Shown piece after piece: positions 63,631 through 64,000 of a DNA stretch of 64,000 nt. The notes under the pieces were generated by a model, which was not told the DNA's origin, did not search any database, and saw only the letters and a list, made by a program, of their open reading frames with translations. Origin of the DNA: Botryllus schlosseri (lineage: Eukaryota). Made by a program: the position numbers and the translations under genes. Position 1 is the stretch's first letter, and each line of letters begins with the position of its first letter. Location: contig CM119384.1 of NCBI GenBank assembly GCA_051294905.1, positions 9,486,001 to 9,550,000 on the forward strand, written 5' to 3'.

Positions 63631-64000
63631 AGAGTTAAAAATGTATCATGTTTAACATTGTTTTGAATCATGACGGCAAATAGATATTTTTTAATTAACC
63701 GCCACTTTCTCATTACCTAACATCAACACGTTCACGGAGCAGCATTTATTAACGATGTGATTTAGAAATAAAATTAATATTCGCTGGAGAATAGAGTTAA
63801 AATTTTTCACTCGGCCCGCCAAGGTATTTTCTAGTTCTTATTTGGCCCGCGAAGGAAAATAATTGCCCAACCCTGTCCTAACCCTAACTTTGACTCTAAC
63901 CCACTTCCAACCGGAATACATCCCTCCTCCCACCCTAATCTTGGGATACCCTAAACCAGTGATTCCCAACCGCGGCCCCCAGCTAGCCTTCGTGCGGCCC

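Noticed and set aside
1-64000. Autonomous transposase, rRNA, snRNA or SL RNA genes
   Set aside because: No transposase ORF or recognisable structural-RNA signature seen by eye; a covariance-model scan (Infernal/Rfam, tRNAscan-SE) was not possible.

Overview
Eukaryotic (metazoan) genomic DNA, most likely an invertebrate chordate such as an ascidian. That assignment is inferred from chordate-like proteins, many 54-90 nt introns and dense non-autonomous DNA transposons; the species cannot be named from the sequence. Three protein-coding genes are supported. (1) A two-exon insulin receptor substrate (IRS; PH + PTB + YxxM tail, ~789 aa) on + at 5996-10475. (2) A 20-coding-exon TTC34-like TPR gene on - at 50468-28120 (3921 nt, 1306 aa; every junction is GT-AG and phase-consistent). 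It has a ~190-aa Ser/Pro-rich insertion and ends in a polybasic stretch plus a canonical CaaX box (CVVQ). (3) The first coding exon of a secreted or membrane Frizzled-type CRD protein on + at 61757, continuing beyond the window. The remainder is dominated by hAT-type MITEs (many with intact 8-bp TSDs, often nested), near-perfect hairpin elements, a tRNA-derived SINE family, a decayed RNase H-bearing LINE and a fold-back TTAGGG-rich minisatellite. Most short six-frame ORFs are spurious. Protein similarities are from my recollection of the families, not from a database search. Best leads: the predicted prenylated ciliary TPR scaffold with a possible CaaX on/off splice switch, and one MITE family concentrated in the introns of that gene, including inverted copies hugging exon 16.
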